Part shown: positions 11,707 to 22,353 of the stretch, piece after piece
How the letters are laid out: every line of letters begins with the position of its first letter
Position numbering within the stretch: position 1 is the stretch's first letter
From: Azolla caroliniana
Lineage: Eukaryota > Plantae > Polypodiophyta
Assembly: GCA_043228905.1 (NCBI GenBank)
Contig: JBHGNT010000109.1
Location: 19,660 to 83,659, forward strand
Length of the DNA: 64,000 bases
Direction of reading: 5' to 3'
Notes under the pieces: model-generated
Seen by the model: only the letters and a program-made list of their open reading frames with translations
Database searches by the model: none
Told to the model about the DNA's origin: nothing
Position numbers and translations under genes: made by a program

Positions 11707-14124
11707 AGTCAAACAGGCCGAGGAGCGCGAGTGAGGCGTGGAGCCAGGAGGAACCGGAGGGGTGATCCCGAAGATCCCGAAGAGCCTCAAGTTGAGCTTG
11801 AGGGGGAGTGTTGAAAGACAAGCTCAACATTGGTTGGATCGGTTGAGCAAGCCGAGGACTGGATCGGTTGGGACCGGATCGGTTAGGCCGGACCGGTGCG
11901 TAAAACGGATATGCAAACTGGTGCGTTACGAGAGGCCGTATTGGTGCGTAAACCGAAAGGCCGTTAGAGAGATATTCCTCGTAAGGAATAGTTTGGGGAC
12001 TAAGTGTCGAGGCTCATTCATGAGTAGTCAATTATTGTCAGTACTTGTGTCAGCCGATTGTCAGGGCTTGTATAAAAAGGTGCTCACTGAGCACGGTGTA
12101 TGTACAAAGAGTTAGTATTTTTTGAATTGAGTTTTTCTGTGTGTTCTCTCTCTCTGTCTCTCCCGCGTACTGTGTATACTCAAGCTCTCCATTAAACCTG
12201 CGTATTTTCTGTGTGTTTGGTTTTCTATTGCTTCTGCACATAATCTTTTACATCTTCTGATTGCGCTTGACCTGCCGGTGCGGGAGGCAATTGTATTGCC
12301 AGCGCTTGAATTTCGGGTCTTGCTGTATCCTGACCCGCCGGTATAGCTTGTTGTGCAGGGAGCTTTGTGACCGGTTCTGTCTGAACCAGTTCCGGTTCCA
12401 CCCTTGGTGCGGGATGCTCAGCGCGGGGTAGAGGCGTTCCATCCTTCTTTGGGTCTGAACGCTCCCCAACTTGTTCTGCGGTGCTTGCCTTCTGGCGCCG
12501 TTGGAGGTGCTCTAATGGTTCCTCCTCCGCTTCCTCCTCCGCTTCCTCCTCCCGAGTCCCGATGTTGATTTTTTCCACCAAGGGGTCTGGCTCTTGTTGA
12601 ACCAGTCACTGAAATATGATCTTTATTGGCCGTGCCAGTGTCTCCTCCTGCGTTTCCGCCTGCCGCTTCCTATTGGCACGCTCTTTTGCCGCCTTGTCCG
12701 TGTCGGCCATCTTCCCTTTGGGTGCCTTAGAGGCCAACAACTGTTGTCGTTTCGAAGCCGTTTTTGGGGTGCCTTCAGTTGTTCTCCCACACTTCGTGGT
12801 CTTGGCGGGCTCGATAGGTGGCACCAATAGGGTGAGCCATTGCGCCACTACAGTCCATATTTTCCGACCCTCCTTGCCTCTTAGAGAGTCGATGGCCGCA
12901 TAGGGGCCGTCCGCAATTAGTACCGACCAGGTCACCTTCATGCCTTCATACGTTGCTATGACTAAGCCAGCTCGGTTCTGAGGCATGCACGGGGGTCGAG
13001 GGTATACATGTCCAAATTCATGGAGCACACGGGCAATCTCTCTAAATAATGTATCTTCGCCGCCCTGTGTCCTATAGGCCTTGCTGGCTAGAGAGTATTC
13101 GCCAAAATATTTTCGAAGCTGCTCCGGGGTAAGGTTGTCGATAGTGAAGATGCCCCCCTCCAGAAGGCCAATCAAAGCATGGATGGCCTCCTTTGTGATC
13201 AGCTCAGTGTCGATTACCTATACTATCTTGTCCGCCTCCTGGTGCGGTGGCGCCTCCATGATCGTGAGGAAACCTTCTAACCCGTGTTGCCTTAGCCACT
13301 TCTTGGTTGCTTCAGAGAGTGCTTGGCAGTCCATGGCTTCTTCGAGGTCGGTGAGCGCTGGTGAGGGATGTGTGTGAGGAGGCTCTGTGTGCGTGGGCTC
13401 GCGTCTGATGATCTTCAATCGCCTATCTGCGTTTGTGCTCTGTTCGCGAAATGTGAAGACCTCTATGAGGTGGGGGTTTTCTTGCTGCATGTTGGCGCCT
13501 ATTTTTCTTACCCGCGTGTGCGCACGTCGTGTACTAGAATAGAATGACGTGCCATGTGGCGGCGGTTTAATACCCTATTAATAGCCCACTACATACCTTT
13601 TCAAAGTGCTTGTTCACTCCTTGTTCTTGCATGTGTCCGTTCACACCTCGCCCTTGCATGATTTACTTTGATTTGATTTGATTTAATTCATTTTTTTCTT
13701 TTCTTTTCTTTTTTTTAATAAAACTATTCGGTTAATTCGCATCTGGTCCCACCGGACCCCTATTCGAATTGTGGGACTTACTGGCCGATGGACTGCTTGT
13801 CGTCACGTCGTTCTTGTCATTTGCCGGCTCATGCTCCCTCTTACCGGCTTCGCGCTTGCTGTTTGCTAAACGTGTTACCGTCTCTTCCGACTGACCGGTA
13901 TCCGGTTTTGTGTCGGCCTTTACTTGTTCAAATGGGTTTCTTGGCATGGGTCCATTGTATGGTTTGAGTCGGAACCCATTGACCCATTTACCCAGAACAT
14001 CGCCGACGAGTGTGTCCTGTAATAGACAGAAGTGTCAGCTTTGAACCGCTAAGCATTTCCTCTCGTCTCTGTTCATCTCCTCCGGAGGTAAGCCGGTGCT
14101 CAGAAATTGGTGCATGTTGGTAAG

Positions 14125-16002
14125 CTACTTGTCTTCCTCTATGACCGTACCATCCGCTGTCATTTCTGTTGTGACTCTAAACAGCTCTGCATCCAGGAAA
14201 TCGTTTGGGACGCCATCACCGGTTTCGCCGGAATCTAACCGGCTAAAATAGTCTGCTACCGCATGTTGTATGCCGGGTCGGTGGAATATCTCGAACTCAA
14301 ATTCTTGTAATAGTAACGTCCACCGGGCCAGCTGACCAGTGAGTGATGCTTTGGACACCAAATAGAGGAGCGCCGAATAATCTATGTGAAAGGAAAATTT
14401 CCTTCCCAACAGATAGTGTCTAAACTTGGTGACATTGTAGATCATGCCCAAGGCCTCTCTTTCCGTTGTGGAATAATTACGTTCTGCTTGGGACAGCTTC
14501 CAGCTGGCATAATACACTGGCCGGTACCACTTCGGTTCTGTAAGTTGCATAAGTGCACTCCCGATTGCGATGTCGAACGCGTCAACGAACACATGGAACT
14601 CTTTAGACCAATCCGGAGGTTGCACCACCGACGCTTGTGACAATAGTACTTTTAGTGCCCGATAAGCCTTGTCTTCTGTGTCCGTCCATTGGAACGATGT
14701 CCGTTGTACCGCGACATGCAATGGTGTAGCTAGGTCTGCCAAATACCAAAGCATTCAGCTATGCCACCGAAATTGTCCTAAGAACCAACTTAATGTCTTT
14801 GCCGTGGTTGGTGCCAGTGCCTCCAAAATAGCTTTGACCTTGTCCAGATCCACTGCAATACCGTCCTTGCTCACGATGTGGCCAAGTAATGCTCCGCTGG
14901 ACACTCCGAACACGCATTTTGTCGGGTTCAGGCTTAGTCAGTAAACCCTACATTTCTCCAAACATAGTCGGAGGTGCTGAAGGTGATCCCCTTTCTGGCT
15001 ATAAATAGCGAAGTCGTCTAGGAACACCTGCATGAATGCCGGAATGAATTCTCCAAAAATCTCCATGATGATCGGCTGGAAGGTTGCCGGCGCCGTTTTC
15101 AGTCCGATCATCATAACTACGGCAATAAAGACTCCCCATTCGGTCGAAAAAGCGGTTTTCTCCTGGTCGTCGGGGTGCATCCAGATCTGATTATAGCCGT
15201 TGAAACTGTCCAGAAAACTGTACACCTCATGACCGGCGACCGCATGCAGGACTCCATCCGTGAATGGAAGTGGGAAGGCGTCCGTTACCGTAGCCGCATT
15301 CAATTTCCGGTAGTCGACGCAAACTCTTATCTTACCGTTCTTTTTCGGTACTACGACTATCGGACTAAGCCATGTGGCTTTCTTTACCGATCGGATAAAG
15401 CCAACCCTTAGCAACTTGTTGATTTCTTCTTTGACTTTTGTTGTGTAATTCGGGTTCATCCGGTAACGTCGTTGCGCTACCAGTTTGGCGTCTTTACTCA
15501 GATGTATCTGGTGTTGATACAACTGAGGATCGAGTCCCCGCATGTCCTCATAGGACCAGGTGAACACATCGCGAAATTCTTTTAGGAGTGTGATCATTGC
15601 CATTTTGTTCTCCGGGGTCATTTCCTTGGCGATGTGAACCAGTCTTGCGTCCTCTGTGGTACCTAGGTTTACCTCTTCTAGTTGGGATGCTTTTACCCGC
15701 TGCAACACTACCATTTCTCTTTTCAGTGCCTCTTGTGCTTGCCGTAACTCCCAGATCGCTTCTTTATCTGGTTCCTCGTCAGTCCCGTCCGGTTGCAGTA
15801 TGTACAGTGATACTGCTTCGGCTACATCAATTTCGAACAACGGTACGATCTTCGGATTTTCCTGTAAGTATTGATCGACCTCTTCGTCCGCCAATCCTTC
15901 CAGCATGTTGACACATTCTGTATATAGCGGCATCAATTCCTTGCCGGTACCCGACTGTGGTTGAGTCGGTACTCGCACTTTTGCTTTCCCACGCCGGAAC
16001 AT
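14125..16002 (-). pseudogene. pol: RT-RNase H of the non-chromovirus Gypsy
   Basis: ORFs 14938-16002 (VFLDDF) and 14125-14754 (FHVFVDA, KFRHYLLG). Confidence 0.9.
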
Positions 16003-16017
16003 AATTATATTCTTCCT

Positions 16018-18114
16018 TCAATTTTGCTTGATGTGTGTTGTTTTTAACCAAGGGCGTCCCAACAATAGTGGGTAAGCTCCCTGAGCTTGTAGCTGGAGAA
16101 CTACTGCCAAAATGCGAAAACTGTGACCCCCTATGGTGACTCCTAGATCACGTATTAATACGGTCGGCCGTACTGAGCTTGTGTCCGCCATCCGAAGCCA
16201 AAACGGGCATGGTTCCCAGTCATGGATTCCTAGAGTGTCACACGTTCGGAGGCCGATCACGTTCACGCTGGATCCTCCATCGATAATCGTGCCGGGTAGC
16301 TCTTTTCCTTTCACGATGGCTGTGATTGCCGGACTGCTCGTGTCTACTACCACCGGTCCTTCCTCCCGATTTGAAAAGAAAGCTTGAGTTGGTGGTATGT
16401 TGGCTGTTGTCCTTCCTCTCTTCAGTCCTTCCGTGAAGTGTGGTACCAGTTGCAATAGCCGGCCTAACGGCAACATTATTTGGCATTCTTGTGACGCCTG
16501 CCATGTTGGGTTTTCGGGCTGCCCTAAGCCGATGAGCTCTTTGGCATTCTCCTTTTGTTGTTCGAGATCTGCCGCATTCCGTTCGTTTGCCTTCTTCACC
16601 CATTCGGTTACCTGCTTCCAGATGGCTTCTTGAGTTTCCCACTCCGTGGCTTTGCCTTTTGATCTTGTAGTGACTTGTTGTAAGTCTGTGACTTTTGCGT
16701 CTACCATGTTCACCGTTGGTCGCTTGTTGTAGCTCTTTGCCAGACATTGGTTACTATAGTGGCCTTCTTGCCGGCAATAATAGTAGTACACCTTTCGGGA
16801 GTTGCTGGATTCCTCATTTGTGCCTGCACCCGGTTGAGGTCCTGTGGTAAGTGCTTGGTTTTGGTCCGGTTGGCTGCTTGGAGCGCCCTTTTCCGGTTCC
16901 TGTGGCTGACCCCCCCTTTTATTGAAATATCGTTTCTTGTTGAAATTCTTTTTGTTTCGGTAACCGTGACGGGGCTGGTCGTCATGCTTGCCATAGTCAT
17001 CCCGTCGTTGGTTGTAACCAGGGGAGTGATCCTGGTTGTATCTCTCGTACCGTCCATTATAGTCCCAGTATCTATCATGTCTGTCATACCGGTCATAAGC
17101 GTCTCTTCGATCGCTGTACCGGACATCTTGTGCCAACTGGTAGCGCTCCTCTCGCCGCCAGCATTCTTTGTCTTCCTCCCGGTTGCTTTGTGGTTCAATT
17201 TGCCAGACTAGTGGTGCTTGCCGATTTAACAAGTTATATTCACACCGTTCCATTGTGCGACTTCTGGAGTGGCAGAGCAAGCATTGGGAATGCATGGTGC
17301 ATTCCAGCGCCGAATGTCCGACATTTAGGCATGTTGTACATTGAATTGCTTGCCGGAAGCGGAGGTCCTCATCTATCAGTAGTGCACGCTGAAGTGCGCC
17401 CATGGTTAGCCATGAACTTGATTTTTCCATTTCCCCAACTCGGTCGATCACTTGATCTATGTTGCTAGTGTGGAAATCAATGACGGTGCACACCGTTCGT
17501 AAGGGTTCCCGGAGTGATGCTAAGAATATGGCCTTTGTTTCTTCCTCCGGATGTGTCGGCGTCGGAGGTCTTTCCCGGTCCTCTTTCGGTGTTGGAGGTC
17601 TTTCTTGCTCCTCTTTCGGTGTTGGAGGCCTCTCCTCCTCGACTTCTGGTGTCGGAGGTCTCTCTTCCTCGACTTCTTGTTCCGGAGTGTGCTCAATTTC
17701 CGGTGCCGGAGGTTCCAGCCTTGTCAATTCTGGTTCCGGTGTTGGCAAGGTATCCGACTCCTCGTCCTCTGGTCCGTTTGGGGCGTCGTTGCTGCTACGG
17801 TAGTTCGTATGCACGATGTATTCCCCTTCTGAATCTGATTCAAAAGCTGAAAATGCTTCGGATTCGCCTTCGCCCGCTACCAATGCCTGGAGAAGGGATT
17901 CCGCTTCTCGAAGGCTGCTTAGGTTGCTTCCTTCGTCCGGGTAGTCGTTTTGTTGTAAACAAAGTGACTCCTTGGCCACTCTCCGGATCTCCTTGGAAAA
18001 TGAGCGATCCGTTCTGATTTCTTCTGCCGCTTGCTGGAAAGCCTCTCGCTTCCTCAGCCGTTCAGCAAGTCTCCTTGCTCGCTCCGTAACCGGGTCGTTC
18101 GTTGGTCTAGTCAT
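16018..18114 (-). CDS. gag: gag-protease ORF (698 aa) of the non-chromovirus Gypsy
   Basis: Three CCHC-like knuckles (CTTCLNVGHSALEC, CLLCHSRSRTMERC, YCRQEGHYSNQC); protease IIDGGSSVN; ERPPTP repeats. Confidence 0.8.
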   Translation of the reverse strand: MTRPTNDPVTERARRLAERLRKREAFQQAAEEIRTDRSFSKEIRRVAKESLCLQQNDYPDEGSNLSSLREAESLLQALVAGEGESEAFSAFESDSEGEYIVHTNYRSSNDAPNGPEDEESDTLPTPEPELTRLEPPAPEIEHTPEQEVEEERPPTPEVEEERPPTPKEEQERPPTPKEDRERPPTPTHPEEETKAIFLASLREPLRTVCTVIDFHTSNIDQVIDRVGEMEKSSSWLTMGALQRALLIDEDLRFRQAIQCTTCLNVGHSALECTMHSQCLLCHSRSRTMERCEYNLLNRQAPLVWQIEPQSNREEDKECWRREERYQLAQDVRYSDRRDAYDRYDRHDRYWDYNGRYERYNQDHSPGYNQRRDDYGKHDDQPRHGYRNKKNFNKKRYFNKRGGQPQEPEKGAPSSQPDQNQALTTGPQPGAGTNEESSNSRKVYYYYCRQEGHYSNQCLAKSYNKRPTVNMVDAKVTDLQQVTTRSKGKATEWETQEAIWKQVTEWVKKANERNAADLEQQKENAKELIGLGQPENPTWQASQECQIMLPLGRLLQLVPHFTEGLKRGRTTANIPPTQAFFSNREEGPVVVDTSSPAITAIVKGKELPGTIIDGGSSVNVIGLRTCDTLGIHDWEPCPFWLRMADTSSVRPTVLIRDLGVTIGGHSFRILAVVLQLQAQGAYPLLLGRPWLKTTHIKQN
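17555..17675 (-). repeat. 30-bp coding tandem repeat x4 (EEERPPTPxx)
   Basis: EVEEERPPTP-EVEEERPPTP-KEEQERPPTP-KEDRERPPTP in the gag ORF. Confidence 0.85.
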
Positions 18115-18236
18115 CGATTCCCGTCGCTGTTCGCTGCGATTGTGCAGGAATCGTGGTCGCCAAAAACTGTGTTATTCCTTAGGGCCGGACAATGGCCTAA
18201 CACAGGGTGTCTACGGAAGACACTTCACCAAAGGGG

Positions 18237-18609
18237 TGCTACGGCGAGATAACTTAAGACTCAACAATTAATCAGACTTAATTGGTTACTTAGCAATATG
18301 GCATTAGACTTGATACACGCGTATGATAGAACAATTAACATAGAATGGTATCAACACTTAAAGATAAAACAAGAAGCTCTATTAATCATCCATCAAAGCT
18401 TTACATTGTAAGTGGGCCTTTATATAGGTCACCGGTGCTGAGTACAAAACGGTGTCAACCGGCACCTGTTTGGAATCGGTCCGGATCCAAATCGGCATAC
18501 CGATTCTAGTACGTCCGTTCATGTCTCATAAACTACTTAATTATAATAGATTCCGAATAACAATCCCTTTCACATTCTGGTCTTTAACTCCTTTGCCGAC
18601 CGGGTAACA
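18237..18609 (-). repeat. 5' LTR (373 bp) of the non-chromovirus Gypsy
   Basis: Minus strand TGTTAC...GTAGCA termini; TATA-like CTATATAAAGG; Copia homology resumes at 18610. Confidence 0.7.
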
Positions 18610-20705
18610 GTGTCCACTTGACATACATCGGTATGCACCAGCCCCAGTGGTGCGTTCCATCTCATCAGTGGCCTTGATCGAAGGAGATTCAGTTTTGCTT
18701 GCCGGCCAAGAAATCAGTGCACTTCTCAAGTTGCACTTCCTTCACCGAAATGAGGTTGTCTTTGACAAGCCTCTTCATCCCCTTCTCACTCATGTGACTC
18801 AGTCTTTTGTGTCACAGCTCACCGGCAATGTCGGAAGCAACGATCACTTCTTCTTCCCGGCATAACCGGGCGTTCATCAAGTACAATGTGTTGACTTTCT
18901 AGGCCCAAGACACTATTAGGCTCCCCTTGCTGAACTTCATGACTCCGTTCCGGATGCTACCCGTGTAGCCTTCATCATCTAGCCGACCGGCTGATATTAG
19001 GTTCAATCGAACCTCGGGAACGTGTCGGACATCCTTCAATAGCAACTTGCATCTAGTTTGTGTCGTCAACCACACGTCTCCTATGCTGACAATTCGGCAT
19101 GTACCTTCATTCCCCATCCAGACACAACCGTGCTCGCTGGTTGTGTAGGATGAGAAGCATTTCTGGTCCAGGGTAAGGTGGAACGACGCTCCGGAATCGA
19201 CAACCCACGTTGTCTCGTCGCCGACAAGGTTCAACTAACATTCCTCGGTGATGAGCATTACTGCCTCTTCACTTGCTGCGATCGCCGTCGTTCCCTTCAG
19301 GTCTAGGCCTCGCCAGTCTGACCATTTCGGTCCGGTGACTTCTTCGAATCGGTATTGTCAGTTCCTTTGTCTTTCTGGAAATGCCGACAGTTCTTCTGGA
19401 AGTGCCCCGGCTTGCCGCAATAGAAGCAAGTGGGCCTCCCCCTTGACTTTGACCATGTTCCCGACTTTTCCCGGTTCTGGGGACTCCGATTCCTTTGTCT
19501 TCTGCGTTCCGATTCGGTAAGGAGGGCTTTGGCGTCGGAGATCACCGCCTTGTCTTTTTGACGCGCCTCCTCATCTAGCAAGCTCGACTTGACTCTTGCT
19601 AGGGATAGTTGTTTTCCTTCCGGCCCAGTGTTGCCCAACGTGACAACTAACGTCTCCCAGCTATCTGGGAGGGAACTGAGCAGGAGCAATGTGAGTACCT
19701 CATCGGCGAGAGGTACTTCCAACGAGGTTGCTTGATGTATTAGCCCTTGGAAGGCATTCATGTGCTCCACCATACTGGAGCCATCTTGGTACCGGAGCCT
19801 CACTAGCTTCTGGAATACTGAAACCCGATTAACAACATTCTTGTTCTCGAACATGATGTCGATCTTCTCCCAGAGTTCATGGGCCATACTTTCTTCATTG
19901 AAGTTGTTGTACAGGCTCATGTCGATGAAGCATCGGATGTATGCCGTCGTGTTCATGTGCATCACCTCCCACAATGTGGCGTCGATCTTATCCGGTCTCT
20001 TGTCCCCGAACTGAACCGGCAACCAAAGATCTTTGACCACCAGCATATCCCTCATCTTCAACTTCCACACTGAGTAGTTGGAGCCGGTGAGCTTGAACAT
20101 GCCGCCAAACGATTCTTCCATTTCCTGTGTTGTTCGTTCTGATACTAGATTGACGAGAATATGCGGAATATTACCCAGCCACACCCGAGTCTTAGAACAT
20201 CTCGTTTAGAATCGAAAACTGAAAAATGCGAATGGAGGTAAGTACACGTACACACACAGACAATAAGAGAGTGCACAGGATGTTTACGTGGAAAACCCTA
20301 AACGGGAAAAACCACGGGAGCTCACAGACTCCGAACTATGACTGTGTGAGAAAGGTATACACAAGGATGTGTAGAGGCAACGACCTCGTGCATATAGTCT
20401 TCGCCTGGCGGCGGTTACAACAGAGACTCCTCAAGGTCTCTCTCTCTCTCTGAGCTCTCTATCTCTGTCTATACAACAGTTACTACAACAATAACGACCC
20501 CTCTAAAGTGATTGCCCTAAGTCATATTTATACTTATATGAACTTAGGGCTATTTACAAATATAGCCTCAATAGGCTTACTTAGAAACATATTTACGGAT
20601 ATGTCTTTTACATCCGGTTCTCACTGAGTCTTCTACATCTGGTTCTCACCGGGTCTTCTATGTCTGATTCTGAGGATCCCATCCGGAGGGACCGAAATCC
20701 CAACA
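18610..20705 (-). mobile_element. 5' part of a Tnt1/Tork-like Copia (LTR 20151-20705, gag, PR, start of IN)
   Basis: Degenerate PBS at 20137-20148; gag 19303-20184; WVVDSGASFHLT; LTR end CATCCGGAGGGACCGAAATCCCAACA shared with the 29078-34454 element. Confidence 0.9.
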
Positions 20706-21380
20706 TACAACATCATTGAATTAATGAAAAAAATTTACATATGACCATATACATGATTAGAAGGGAGAAGAAAAAATAGGAAAAAAAACAAGAAAGATTA
20801 CCGAAGTTCCTTTGTTGATCATTGTCTGGATCAAGGCCGACCGCACATCGATCGATCACCATCATTCAAGAAGACAAAAGACAACAAAAGAAACTTTAGA
20901 ACATGAACTCTGAAACCAACTATTAGAGATATGATCTAATGTAAGCGTATGATAAGGAGAAAAGAATGATAGATAGATAGATAGAAAGGAGAGAGAGAAA
21001 GAAGGGTGTCAATCCACCTGACCACCCTCGAGCGAAGGGATTGAGATAGACTCCAGCCTCGATCGGTGTCCCATACCACCACCGTGGCATTGAGTTGTAC
21101 ATGGTGCTGGCACGCTCGTTACAAGAGTTGAACCACCACAAAACAGAGTTTCGACGTAGTCAAAAGATGATCAAATGAGGGTAGCTAGGCCTCTTATTTA
21201 TAGTGATACCCAAGGCCCCCATGCAAGTTCACACTTGGCCTAATGGGTTGTCTCAATCCCAAGGATTAAAAGTAATCCTCCCCTTCTTTACACTCTCGTT
21301 TAACCCTCACACTTGTCCACGTGTATAGAATACTACGGTAAATTCTCACCACGGGATATTATATGGTCATGCCCGTAACA
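20706..21380 (-). mobile_element. 5' LTR (20921-21380), PBS and leader of another family A element
   Basis: PBS TGGTTTCAGAGT at 20907-20918; leader 20706-20920 aligns with 34737-34958. Confidence 0.9.
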
Positions 21381-21463
21381 TCCGGTATGCCCATAGAGCG
21401 TTGTGCCACTTTGTGTCCCATGTTACGAAGGCGCTACGAGTCTTCTTAGTGCACACCGGATCG
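21381..21463 (-). pseudogene. Short Gypsy integrase fragment
   Basis: Translates as …WDTKWHNALWAYR, resembling the DWDxKLxxALWAYRT motif of non-chromovirus integrases. Confidence 0.5.
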
Positions 21464-22296
21464 TGTTGTGCAAGATCCTTAGTGTGTTCAAGGAGAGAAA
21501 GGAAAGGAGGAAGGAGACTTACCTCAGTAGCAGCTCAAAAAAACGTTCATTTTCATTACATAGAGAAAAAAGCCTCTTACGTCTGTTTTCTGTTTTTCTT
21601 CTTCTCTTCTTACTTCACTCTCCTACATTTTTGCCTAAGTATATAAGTGACTTACATATTCAACTAATTAGCTGTGAGTAGCTAAATAGTTGTGGATAGC
21701 TAAATAGTTGTTTGGGTTCCAGCCCAATCAACATCTACATATCCTTCCAACTTTATGTCCAGATCAACCCTGTAAAATAGTCCATGGTTTATCATCATAT
21801 TTTTTATGTCTTAGATTTTTTCCACACCAAGCATTTCAATCAGATTTACTACCAGAGTTTTCAGAGATGGTCCAATACATTCTATTGATGTTGAACTTTT
21901 CTGCCCACCCTTATTTCCATTTCCATGGCAATCTCTTCCATTTTCAGATTTATTTTTCTCTTCATTTTCATTGCCTTCATCAGTTTCTACATTTTGTTTT
22001 GGGTTGTACCAACTGCCCAACTCATCAAATATTACATCACGACTTACTACAAACTTTTTTGTCAAAGGGTTAAAACATCTATACCCTTTTTGCTCCTTTG
22101 AATATCACACAAAAACACATTTTTTCAGCTTTTGGATCAAGCTTACTCCTTACTTCAGCAGGTACATGAACATAAGTATCAGGAATAGTACTAAAACAGA
22201 GACAGAATTAGTATTAGAGAAGGGAACTTTACTATGAGGATTAGTACTAAGAAGAAGGGACTGCGTAATACTCACGAGAGAGGAAGAGAGAAGAGG

Positions 22297-22353
<57 letters not shown>

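Larger units (their letters stand above)
6350..12252 (+). mobile_element. Full-length degenerate Ty1/Copia (family B, copy 1)
   Basis: LTRs 6350-6783 and 11809-12252 (TG..CA); PBS TGGTATCAGAGC (tRNA-iMet) 6784-6795; PPT 11798-11808; imperfect TSD GCTTC/TCTTC. Confidence 0.95.
4649..13490 (-). pseudogene. Extra (env-position) ORF of the non-chromovirus Gypsy, roughly 975 codons after removing the Copia; N-terminal globular region plus long coiled coil
   Basis: ORFs 13218-13490, 12606-13175, 12225-12581, 5669-6328 and 5237-5575 join in frame once 6350-12252 and one TSD are removed (…QSE|AERPTEVQPELEW…); one frameshift into 4614-5240. Confidence 0.7.
4649..18609 (-). mobile_element. Non-chromovirus Ty3/Gypsy (Athila/Tat/Phygy-like) with extra 3' ORF; interrupted by Copia 6350-12252; 3' end cut off by the family A element
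   Basis: 5' LTR 18237-18609; gag-PR ORF; RT WLSPIVVVPKKNGKIRVCVDYRKLN/YSFLDSFNGYNQI; RH ERNYSTTEREAL; integrase tail VNGFRLKPY; no chromodomain. Confidence 0.85.

Noticed and set aside
21464-21733. Solo LTR with TGTTG…CAACA termini
   Set aside because: The right end is Copia RNase H coding sequence (LEGYVDVDWAG on the minus strand) and there is no TSD.
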